NCBI RefSeq assembly: GCF_964204645.1
Contig: NC_134034.1
Coordinates: 4,357,814-4,421,813 of the forward strand
Reading direction: 5' to 3'
Length of the DNA stretch: 64,000 nucleotides
Origin: Tubulanus polymorphus
Taxonomy: Eukaryota > Animalia > Nemertea
Both the position numbers and the translations under genes were made by a program. Shown here in pieces: positions 14,302 to 26,600 of the stretch; positions within the stretch are counted from its first letter, which is position 1; every line of letters starts with the position of its first letter. The notes beneath the pieces are model-generated. The model did no database searches. It saw only the letters and a program-made list of their open reading frames with translations, and was not told the DNA's origin.

Positions 14302-17004
14302 GAGACATTTGCACGCAATCAAAATTAGATTGAACTAAGATCCGACAGAAATTGAAAGCCAATAAAGATCCATGAGAGCTGGAGTTATGTGATCAGATTT
14401 CCGAGCTTTTGCAATGAAACGTGTGCAGCATTATTTAACATAAGCCGACAAGCGAATTTGCAAAATTGATTCCGGATGTTACAATAGTCTTTACCGCTGT
14501 TTTGCACGTGTCAAGTAAATGGCGAATCCAGAAATGATTAGCTGCCCAGCAGACCTTACGAACGGGACCAGGAGACAAGGAATCATCAAATACAAACAAA
14601 GATCCATGTCTATTGGGCTAAAAAGTATACCTTAGTTGTTTCTCGTGGTCGGCCGGGTAATTATCATTACAATCGTTGAACAAATAACAGGTCGATAAAG
14701 ATACATTTTTAAAGAACTATGGAACGGATAACTTTTGGCTTTTAGTGTTTTTCTTGTGTGTTAGAGTTGAAACCAAAGGCGGAAACTAAATTCAACATTC
14801 AAAGGAAGGGAATTTTGGTCCGCGATTTTTGGCATTCTGTTAAGACATAAATGAGGTATGTACCCCAAAAAGTAAGCAAAATATCCAAGTAAAACAGGTC
14901 TCATCAATTAATAAATATACATTAGTGCTGTTAAAACATTGGTTTTTCTAATTTCCCATAGACAATTCAATGACAAATGGAATGTTCGGGTTTCCCATGA
15001 AATTATAGAGACTGACTCTATCTTTTACATACATGTGAGCCCAGTACACAGAAAATCTGAACTATTTATTTAGGCCCTGTGACTGAGATTAGCAACGCGA
15101 TATTAACCGCTAAATGTACACAAAACTCTATATCGAACGAATACGGGCTTACAAAATAGAATACATACGAAATGAATGCAAAACGTAGCGACAAAAATGA
15201 AGATAAATTCGACAGGTTTTCATCTTTATAAAACAACATAATTAAAACGTAATGTTACGTGTATCGAAACCGGTTTCCTCATTTAAATAAACGCGGACTA
15301 TTCACTATTCAGCCATGTCGCTTACGTGACCAGCTGTTAACGCTGTTCACGCTATTACAGGCATAGCCTACACAGCATGAAATATATATTATCTGAATAT
15401 CCTCGAAACATAGCTTCAGTCTAAGCCATTTTTGTTGCTGGTTCCCATCGAGCACACCAAATTTTCTTATCGGAGACAAGACGGTAGTTCAGAGCTGTGT
15501 AAACGATCTACGATTCCACGGTAAGAAAATATGGAATTTAGCCCTTCATGTGAATCGTGTGCGTTAACTGTTATACGGTCTGCAAGTTGCTATAGTAGAA
15601 TTTTTATCGATATTAGATCAATTCAAAAATGCTTAAACAATCGTTTCATCCCCTCTCCCCGTCTATCTACATCCCTCAGACATCTCTCTACTACCCATCG
15701 AGACTCCCTTATTTACATCATACCTCCCATTCCCTATCGCTACCCTTCTCATCTCTCTTTTCCTCACACCAAACCCTCCTCTTGTTTTCCTTCCTCCCAT
15801 ACCCCCTCCCCCGTCGTCTCTGATACCTCTCTCTACCTCTCATACCCGATCTCTCTCCGTCCTCTCTCATCCACTGTGCTATTCAATGCACTGGATACGA
15901 GTAATTGAATTATATTGAATGATTGCTTAATCGTGCCCAGGTTTTTATTTAACTAAGCTTCGCAATGACTGATCACAGTCTGCTGTCTGTCTGCTGGTGG
16001 ATATAGTTTCTAGTGCCTATACAGGCTCTATACATCTAGGTACTGTTTTCATATAATTCATATTTTACACGTAAAGATCTACACACTTATACAACACGAT
16101 GCGTGCGGGATGCGGGGATGATTCCGTAGACGAAATTTTTTACAACTCAAAGTTGGTCTTTAATCTTAACATTAGTCATACGTTGCTTTTGCTATTGAAG
16201 TTGAACTTCTCTATTTAGACCTGCCTCAAGTCGAAGCCATCCTATCGAATTGGCCCCAGTTTAAGACCGATTGGAATACGATAAGAATGGGTTGTGTTCC
16301 ATTCACACGAGTTGTAGTTTAAAATTTACTTTGGCAAATCGTAACACCGCATTAGCTCAGGATTTTCTGTGGGGGAGGGATTCATTTTTATAGCTGAACT
16401 GCCATTATGGGAACGTTACCAGGATGTGCTTGCTGATAAATGGGTCATTCGGCCCACCCCCAGTAAAATTTTGAAGTACGTATAATAAAGAAAAGGATAT
16501 GAGGATTCGAAAGGGAAATAGGTTTAAAGAATATAACGACCCAAGTACAGCGGAAGTCCTAACTTATTTTTCTTTGCGAGGCTTCACGCGACATTCTTGA
16601 ATATTGATTCCCCGTGATGACTGGGTCAATTTGCTCCCTAACTGGGTCATATGCATGTTGCACAACAACGGTGCATTACGTTTACGTAATCAATGATGGC
16701 GAGTAAAAAACATGATCTATTTATGCGAATAGTTACCAATTACCATACAATACATGTGTTTCGGGTGTTTTGATATGTGCTTAGAATTTCTCGTTTATTG
16801 AAAAAAACAAGGCAACTAGGCAATGTCATTTGTAAATTGGCTACAGTAGGAATGAATGGCTGCTAATATATTTTCTAAAAATTTGCCTAGATTACGAAAG
16901 TTAAGGCATCAATCTAAAGATATATGTCAGTTTCTTCAAATTTCTATCAATAACATCGTTTCAAAATCATTGCCCTGTAACAAATAATGCACATGTATCC
17001 ACTC

Positions 17005-17219
17005 CAGAGCCGTTGGAAGGAATTTTTCAGTGGCGAGGCTTATTTCTGAAGGGGGTCTGGGGGCCCTCCCCTAGAAAAATTTTGAAAATTCAATCGCTGG
17101 AGATGCGTTTTGGGGCCATTTCACGGTCTCATTCACAGAAGCTTTTGAAAAAAAATTTGTTAAGGAAAAAAAGTGGGGCGGCTTTGGCCGCCCCTGCCGC
17201 CCCTGTTCCGACGGCCCTG
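17005..17219. mobile_element. hAT-like GC-rich MITE with 5-bp TSD
   Basis: TIRs CAGAGCCGTTGGAA / reverse complement CAGGGCCGTCGGAA; CACTC on both flanks. Confidence 0.75.
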
Positions 17220-17602
17220 CACTCAAAAATGAATATGGCGAAGCAGTTTTCTGCCTTTTGGCATAAAGAAATCTAATTTGCACTTGCTGCATGACATGTA
17301 TAATCATTGGGACAGAACTAGGTTTAAAAGACCTTAGTAAGGTTCCAATTTGATAATTTTACCCTCGAGGCTCTCTACGATAAAGCACTCAATCTATTGC
17401 ATTTCATTTTCGCGATGAGTTGAGCAATCAAACAGATGAAATTCAGCCATGTAGCACTTAACGCTTGTATGGATTGTTTGGTCTTTTGGGATATTGTCAC
17501 AGACAATAGGCCCTACTAGCACAATAAAAATGAATTTATGAGCCTGTCATTTACATGTATATTACGCAATTTCGTCCTGTTCTTTCGACAGCAGATGATG
17601 TA

Positions 17603-20600
17603 ATGGAAACGTTACGTTACTCAGCAATATGGGTAGCTCTCTTCAGTTCGGGTTTTCTGATGACGGCCATCTCGGCGAAGACGATGCGAGTCGGTAAGTT
17701 TTTATGGACTTTCGCTTTAGTTCCTATGCTTCACACACGTTCGCGTAATACAGAACCGCTGCTATGAGGTTTGATCTGTGCATATATATCAAAAGCGCGT
17801 CTCGCGTGTGCATCTTTAGTTTAAAGTTTTATTGGAAATTGCATGATTCCACTGCCAGGATTCGTCGCGGGCTATAAGGGCAGCGATGAATAGCAGTGAA
17901 TTAAAAAAAAATATCATTCACGGCCGTGAAAAGTAGTGGATTTTTTTAGAAGGACTGTGAATTTGGAAAATCTTGGAAATAGTTCAATTTATAAAAATAG
18001 ATTTTCTACCAAATTTCACAGTGTAGCCTACGTAATAAATGAAATCGTTCAGCATGCTCAGCTACTAAAACATTTTAAAAATTCGTTTTCTTGAAGGAAT
18101 GTACGTAAGTGCTTATTCAAGACAAAGCGGGCGACAGTACCATAAAACCGGTACCATTTAAATCATTGAACGTTTGGCCAAAAATATTCCGTATAGGCCC
18201 GGCCCAAGTGTAGAATCCGAGTAGTTCCAGTACAAATGCTATATTGATATCCCTCCGCGAAAAGGAGTATATACGCTAGATGACTGAATGACTGGTTGAC
18301 TGGTTGACTGGATGACTGGGTGACTGGATGACTGGACGACGGGCCGACTGGACGACCGGCCGACTGGATGACTTGATGACTGGATGACTGGACGACCGGC
18401 CGACTGGATGACTGGTTGACTGGATGACTGGACGACCGGCCGACTGGATGACTGGATGACTGGACAACCGGCTGACTGGATGACTGGTTGACTGGATGAC
18501 TGGACGACCGGCCGACTGGATGACTGGATGACTGGACGACCGGCCGACTGGATGACTGGTTGACTGGATGACTGGATGACTGGATGACTGGACGACCGGC
18601 CGACTGGATGACTGGATGACTGGCCGACCAGCTGACTGGATGACTGGTTGACTGGACGACCGGCCGACTGGATGACTGGACGACCGGCTGACTGGATGAC
18701 TGGTTGACTGGATGACTGGACGACCGGCCGACTGGAGGCGAATTTATCGAAACGTACTCAGTTCCGGGTATGGTACCTGACGAGTATAGGGTACCCAATT
18801 TCGAGTATCCTTCGTGGATAAATGAATTACCAGCACGCAAGCCGTGTCAGATATGACCGAAGCGTTGGAGAAAAAGCCAGCCCTCGTGGTTTTATTTTCA
18901 GATTTACTGAAACCGGTCGACTCGTGTATGTCATTGAGCAATTCCAGTAATGATATGCTTTTGGTTAGATCCATCAACGGACAGTCTATGACTAGTGGAA
19001 TACCAAACCACCTACCTAAGCACACAAAACTGAGGAAAATTCCTCACGCATCCGGTTTTGTGGAGGAGACCGTGCCACGGTTTAACACGCTTGAGTTCAA
19101 GATGCGGTTCAGGTAGGATTTCGTTCTTCACAAAAATAGGTTTCCAAAAGTGATGTGTGATTTTGATAAAAATTATAGTGGGATAGTGGTATTTTTATTT
19201 TTCAGGATGATGCCCACTGCTTTCGAAAAACTGATGGAAGATCTTGGTCCACGGATAAAGAATAAATATGAAAAACCAGATCAGATTATTCGTGTGGATA
19301 AACAAGCACTAATATTCTTATACTTTGCAGCAACTTAAGTTCCACTCATCAGAGTTGCAGATGCATTTGCAGTATGTGAAGCCACCGTTTTCAACATAGT
19401 TGGTAGGTAATAGTTATATATAGTCCTCTGTTCATCTTGAGTTCAACCATGCCTATAACAAAATCATATCTAACACCGATCCCAATTAGGCCAAATGAGG
19501 TTGGAGGTTAGCTCGTCCAGTTTGCTTTATTCCAAAATTTGACCAAAAATATGCATTTTATTTCCAGGGCTCCTTTCACGAATACTTGTCGGATAGATGA
19601 TGCAAAACTACATCAAATGGCCGACAGGACACCGCATCCAAGAAGTTTGGGATGCTTTCGCAGCTGTTCAAGAATTCCCTAAAGTGATTGGGGCGGTAGA
19701 CGGGACACATATCCCTATAAAGACGCCTATCAAAGATCAGGAAATTTACATAAACCGGAAAAAATGTCACAGTATTAATGTTTGCGCAATATGTGATCAT
19801 CAATATATGTTCACGGATATTACTGTCGGATCTCGTCACGATTCGCGTGTGTTCAAAAACAGTAACCTTTATAGGAATATTCAAAGTGATGCTGCAATCA
19901 AACATGCCACTTTCCCTGATAATTCGCATTTGTTGGGAGACTCTGCCTATGAGCTGGACACTTTTTTAATGGTTCCATTCAAAGACAATGGCCATCTCAA
20001 CGGAATGCAAAAAGACTTTAATTATAAGTTAAGTTCAACTAGAATGATGATTGAGAACACATTTGACATTTTGAAAGGCCGTTTCCGGCGATTGAAATAT
20101 ATAGACATGCATGAACGTCGATTACTCATGTTCATTACAAGCTGCTTTGTGCTTCATAATGTATGCATATTGCTATCTGACGATACTAATGATTATTTGC
20201 ATGAGGTTCAGTTAGTAGCACAAGAGGAAAATCCTGATGAAGTCGGTGGTTTCCTAAATCCCACCGCCGTACCGAAGCGTTATGCGATAGCAACAATGTT
20301 GTCATTGTAAATATATACCGACTTAAAATAAAGTGTCACATATCAGTATCATCATTTCCTGTCATTTTAATTGCCGTTCGTCCCAGACTTGTCCAGACCT
20401 TATGACTACAATGCCTGCTGCTTTGGGAATGAAGAGAGATGATTCACTTATGCTTCAGGAATGTTCCAATGTCCTCGGAATGTTTCAATGTCCGGTGCTT
20501 GCTTGACGGGTAATGGCAAAGACTTAATTTGAGGTGACGGTACTTATACCAAGGATATGGAGATCTGAAATCTACTAACATAAGAATTTCAGATGATTCT

Positions 20601-23600
20601 CGGCATTTTATCATGCATGGATAGGCATTTTCTGTAAATTCATGTACTGTCAACCCCCAATATACCGCCCACGTCAGTGCAAAACGATTTTGGCAGTATA
20701 GGGAGTATTGCGGTATATTGGAGTGGTTTACTATGTATTTGTATAGAGACGTGCATTGAGAAAACCTGGCGGTAGGCGAGGGTGTCGGTATGTGGGAGGG
20801 CAGTATATCGGGGGTGGACTGTAGTAGGGAAAATACACTTTTTGACAAGGGCCTATCATCAAATAATGTATCCGTATATAATGCATAAAAATGTAAACAT
20901 AATGTTTTAGATACTTGAAGAATTAAAATCTATTCAGATCAGTACAATTTGAACTGATCCATAGAATTGTCAAACAAAAATTCAATTCTGAAATACCAGG
21001 ACCGGTCCAAGTTACAAGCTTACTACATGTCGCCTTTATGTTTGTCATCTGATGAAGAGCTTTGGACCCTGAAATCGATCGTGTGGCTTTAAAAACTCTA
21101 CCTTAATTATGTAAATCAAATTTTTTCGAGTAGTTTCTCAAAAACAGATATCTTCTTCCTTTCCACCTCTAACTTCTCGTTCTCCAAAGTCAAAACCTCT
21201 TTATGATTGGCCTGAATAGTTTCCATTAATCTTAATGAGTCCTCTTTACGAGACTCTTTTTGTTTTTCCACCAACTCCATAAATGTATCGGATTTTGCAC
21301 TAGCGGAACTACGGGAGTTTCGTAGTTTCTTAGCAGGTGGAAAATAAATTGGTTCGAATGGGTCAACATCCATCTCGGCATTGCTGGCGGAATCCGTGGA
21401 GGTACTAGATGACTCCATATTGGTGCTTGCGATAACAAAATTTGGACGGACATTGGGTTTACAACCGAGATACGCATCCAGCTCATCATAGAATACACAT
21501 GTTTTTGGTTCTACACCTGTCTTGTTGTTATGGTCGACAGTTTTTCGGTACTTCTTCATGAGGTTTTTCCATTTATTCTTTATCTGATCAGCCGCAAAAT
21601 CAAATCCTGCATCTAAAATATCATGAGCTATTTGTTTCCATATAGTGGCTTTTTTATTTTCGGATCCGAGGATTTTTCAGCATAGTCCTTATGTAAATCG
21701 ATGAGTTTTAGAATTGCAGCCCACGGCATGAAGCTATCATCGCCTGGAATATTAAAAAGCAGTAATATTATAATCAAGGAATTTTCTGAAAAATGTTGGG
21801 TGTTTATCATAATACCATTTAAATTCAGGCTACAACTTACCAGACTGCGAGGACTGCTGAAGGGAGGTCGAGGACTGCTGCAAGGAGTTCGAGGACTGCT
21901 GCACGGAGGTTGTGGCTGCAGGGCGTCGTGAAGCTGTCGGCAATTGCTCTCTTTAATTTGTCAGCAAAGACTGCAACACGTTCACATCAAGAAAAAGACT
22001 ATTAACAAGAAGTGAAGCCAAGTACATGATGATACCTAAAAAAATGAATGGGGCCTACAACTGGATGATTGGGTGACTGGGTGATCGGAGGACTGGTCGA
22101 CTGGTCGAATGAGCAAGTAGGCATTTGTGTTATAGCCATGGAAAGTTCCAGACCTGTTGCGCCTGGAGTTGTTGAATTCGTCCAAACAATAACTGGTAGT
22201 TTGGATAAAACGATCAAGTTTCTTCTGAACAATATAATTCGAAGCAACTGTCACTGCATTTACTGCTCTTGTGATATGGAACTGAAAGTTAACCTGTCGA
22301 ATTGGGTGTGCGGAATATGTGCCAGTAAACAATCTGTCCGGAAAGGCTCATTTTTCTCGAAATCAAATGTCACACTGCAAAATCTGGTTATGATAGTGTA
22401 TTGTTTTGCGCTCGACCTGCAACAGTACGAGTGCCACAAACTATTACCGAATGTTGGATTGAAGACGATCATGGAGTGGTATCATCGTTTACAGGGGGTT
22501 TTATCCGTACACGATGAAACGCAAGCCGGTGCTTATGGGCGGTGAAATCGAGGATAACGTCATCGAAATCGCAGTTATTGGTATAGATTGTTGTACTCCA
22601 GTAGGCCAGTCGTCCAGTCAGCCAGTCGGCCGGTCGCCCGGTCGCCCGGTCGCCCAGTCATCCGGTCATCCAGTCGGCCGGTCGTCCAGTCTACCAGTCA
22701 TCCAGTCAGCCGGTCGTCCAGTCATCCAGTCGGCCAGTCCTCCAGTCATCCAGTATACCATGTAAATAATGAAGAACCGAATCACTACCAACCTATCGAA
22801 TATGTTCCTACACCCTTGCACTATTACTACGTATTCAACACTTGGGCCTATAGGCCCCCTATCATTAGATAGGTTTAGAATTTACATTTTTTATGAAACC
22901 CCTGGAACAAATCCTGGATCCGCACCTGTGCAGTTGTGTGTGAATACTGCAATATAGTAAATGGCTTCATGGAGATCGTGTCAATAGAAAAGGGCACTCT
23001 TACAAAGTCGCTGCAGTTGACCGTGAATTTGGCTTAGCACGGGCAGTGAATGGCATTCAATTTGGTTCAGCAGTGATATAATCAATGAACCCTGTACAGT
23101 GCACTGCTGCGCTTAACACTAACGACAGGCAAAATCTAAATTCTAAATCTTTAAAAATAAGGAGTAGGCCTATAGCGAAATCTTTATGATTTACTAAGAG
23201 TACGTATTTACTGACGTTTAATTTTGGTACTGGATTAAACATACGCCATCATGTAAATTTTGGAAAGTCCATATTAAGAATTTCGTTTCTTGTTATGACT
23301 GTTCGATTCAAATAGATTCATTAATATCGTTCTACCACTCGTTATCTGTGTCGCTCATATCGCGTGTATAATAGTTAATTTACGCTCAAATCGTAGATTT
23401 GGGCTCCACAATATTCAGAATTAAATTCAATCAGATCAATGGACACAGGTACGTAGGCTTAATTCAGGCGCTTGCCATAAAGAATGTGGTTCAAGTCCGA
23501 TATGCGGCACTAAAGTGCAATGTGTAGGGTTACTTTTTGAGTAAATCGGGGATTAAGAAATGGAGGAGGGGTTTCTCGGCTGACGGAGTGCTTTATCGGC

Positions 23601-26600
23601 AACCCCGTTCCGTTCGGTCTGTTTTGGATTTCGGAACAATGTTTCATAATCTATTGCAACAAAAACTTTCAATAAACCTTAAATTTTCGGCGCTTCTTCT
23701 AGGCATCAAATTATTTACTTTTGATTAAGTCTTGTTTTTCAGTTTGTATCGTCACCGAGGATTTTGCAAATATGCAAGAAAGAGTCGAATATTTTTCGTC
23801 CACGATCGCGCGAGTTCAAGGTCAGCGAACGAATGCGACGAAACCGTCTATCGATGTTACATTCGTCGATGTCCGACCAGAGATCAGCACAGGCGTCGGT
23901 CTCAATGAGAAATGTGAGTATCATATTGATATTTTATGGAACTGTGGAGCAGTGTGGCTTAGTGGTAGAGTGCTCGCCCCCCCCCCCCCCCCAATCGGGA
24001 GGTTGTGTGTTCGAACCCCGGCTGTGCTGTAGTGTCCTTAGGCACGGCATTAATTCACAATTGCTACTGGCTGGCGACGCCTTGATCGCTCTGCAGCGTA
24101 TCGGTGTTTCATCTCCCCAGGGAGAGTAAGAATGTACTGGATTGGTAACAGAAGCTGGGTAATAATTGAGTGACAGCGCTTTGAGCATTCTTTGGAAAGG
24201 CGCTATACAAGCACTAATTATTATTATTATTATTATGGAATTGTTCCACCGCTAACAGTGTGCGGGTAGGCAACACTTTGAAGGCCGTGATCCCGTCGCG
24301 AGGTACAATGATCAATCCGATAAGGTTAGTGTAGGCAAACCATGATCCAAACGACGTAAATCCAGCAAGATTGAGGTGAATAAAAATCAAAATGCCGTAC
24401 CGTCGACCACAATTGTAGCAAGTGAGGTCTTCAATGGGATCCACCAGGTGTCGCTAGTGGTTGCTCGGTACAACACGCTTTTCCATTGAATTGACATGTT
24501 TCATTAGTAAATCAGTTTTCAGCGCAATCTGTTCCATACACTGAGTGGAAAATCTCATATCTGTTCGAGACTTGGTTCATAATGTTTGGCGAATAAGTAG
24601 GCCTCGAAATCCAGTTCAAATGTGATCAACGAAGAAACAATCGCAATGATAATAACAATCATTAACGTCGATGATAATGCTAATGATAATTTATTGATCC
24701 ATTATAAGATATGCTCATCGACTAAAAATGCTTCAAATGAAGGAAACTGAAGGTTAAAAACTTGATTTAAAAACATTTAGTCGGAATACTACAGCATTGC
24801 AGAGTATATTCGTGCACAATACAAGAAGGCTCTATGCTCGCGCTTCAGACTAAATTAACACACAAGCATTACTAGCACGGGTTTCATGGGTTATATCTTA
24901 AAACTCTAGTGGGTGACGTCCGTCGGACAGTTGACTCTTAATACGACAGCGCATTAATTTCTTAAGATCATTTTCATTGCATATATCGCGTGCTATATGG
25001 TGGGCACCGGGGCACGTGCTCCCGCTGGAAGTATGGGGACAAATTATGGAACAATCTTTGAAGTGCATTGCGTCTTGAGAAGCAAGGGTTCTCACGTTGG
25101 ATTCAATGCTTTCAAATACTATCTTTTGAATGAACAGAGAACGAAATTCTACGAAGAACTATGATAGAGCAAGTGTAGCCTATTCATCAAAATTCTCATT
25201 ATGATCGCATTCAATAGATTACTAAGCTACGTATACACCATTATAATAAATGTTATTTTGTTCGATAAACACTGAACTTGAATAAATACGTGGGTTCTGA
25301 AAAATTAATAACATCAATAACGCGAATTTTCTGAACGCGCAATGCACAGTGTGACGTCATACTGAATATAAAGTGCGCTGTACACACATTTTCGATTAAG
25401 CTTTATCGTTTTCTTGCTACTCGATGTCAACTGAATTCATGATTAAACATTCGTATTATCTATTTCGATCAGACCTTTAATCATTTTGATATAATCAAGA
25501 TATGACACTATTTTTACCTTCAATCGGCGCAGTACAGCGCAGTAACCGGCGAGGATCAAAATGCTTCTGAAAATTCGTCTAGCGGGATTGCGATCTAATA
25601 GGGGACCCCTTATTAGCTGAACTGGATCATGGGCCCTACTTCATTAACGCCCGTCCCCCTCAATTGAACTCCTAGGTCCACCCATGGGAATCTCAGATGG
25701 ATCAAAACAATCTCCAGATTCTTGATTCATCGGAACAGATTTTGCAACATTATTTGGTGGTGAAACAAACCACGTATTTTCAGATAAATCAACTTTTGGT
25801 TTTTTCAGTGGAAACGATACTGCAAGCAAACTACGACGCCGCGATCGGACCGCCGGTAGATTATTTTCAAAGATACGTAGGAACGGAATATTTCGTTGTG
25901 GGGACCGGACTTCAAGCTAAAGCATGTCCGTCGAACGATAGATTACATAACGTTCCGCCGAATTTGGACCAGGCGATGAGTCTTGTTTTCCGCTTCATTA
26001 AATCTTCAGAGGAGACACTTTGTCATCGTTTCATTATCATCACACACAATACAGGTAAGGCTTAACAACAATGATAACTCGTTTTTTTCATATTCGGCCG
26101 GGTCGTTTTGTAAAGTACGATGAAATTTGTAATCAGTTCATTTCTATAGCTGCCGGGTCTAGTTATGGTATTACTCAAATAAAATTGATCCTGATTTTAA
26201 AGAAAGTTATGTACATGATCAAAGACGGTCAGCTTTTAAACTTAGCAGAAAGGAAAAACAATGTATCAAAATAGAATCACATGAACAAAAAGCCACCGAT
26301 AGACGCGCGTCAAAAATGTATCGAAAGGCTGAAATAACTATAAGGACTGTTATTGTTCTCCATTTGCTGGGATTTCAAAGGGGCTGCAGTCACTGTTTAG
26401 TGTGTGACACCTTGGCAAAACTTTTGATCCTCCAAAAATACAGCTAATTGAAGCTTAATTTTGGTGTAATTTCCTTCACATAAGCTCAATATATTTCCCA
26501 AGCTGTTATCAGCATTGATGGAATATTGAAATCTACTAAGGTAGGTGCAGCAGATATTTTAGGAGTTACTGATTCATAGAGGGGTGGATGTAAAAAAACC

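Larger units (their letters stand above)
18201..22848 (+). mobile_element. Merlin (IS1595/ISXO2-like) DNA transposon, internally deleted, carrying a Harbinger gene pair
   Basis: TIRs GGCCCAAGTGTAGAATCCG (from 18201) and, as reverse complement, GGCCCAAGTGTTGAATACG (ending 22848); perfect 9-bp TSD TATAGGCCC at 18192-18200 and 22849-22857; mirror-image subterminal GACTGG arrays; Merlin transposase N-terminus inside. Confidence 0.85.

Noticed and set aside
15531-15908. S/P/L-rich ORFs
   Set aside because: CT-rich low-complexity sequence
18278-18735. Repeat array as a CRISPR array or telomere
   Set aside because: No unique spacers, eukaryotic context, and it is mirrored at the other end of a TIR/TSD-bounded transposon
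18163-18840. 225-aa S/P/Q/V-rich ORF, and similar ORFs at 22514-22872
   Set aside because: Translation of the stop-free 8-bp Merlin subterminal arrays
23946-24020. tRNA gene (also candidates near 27690-27745 and 37280-37345)
   Set aside because: A/B boxes present but no complete cloverleaf; these are SINE heads
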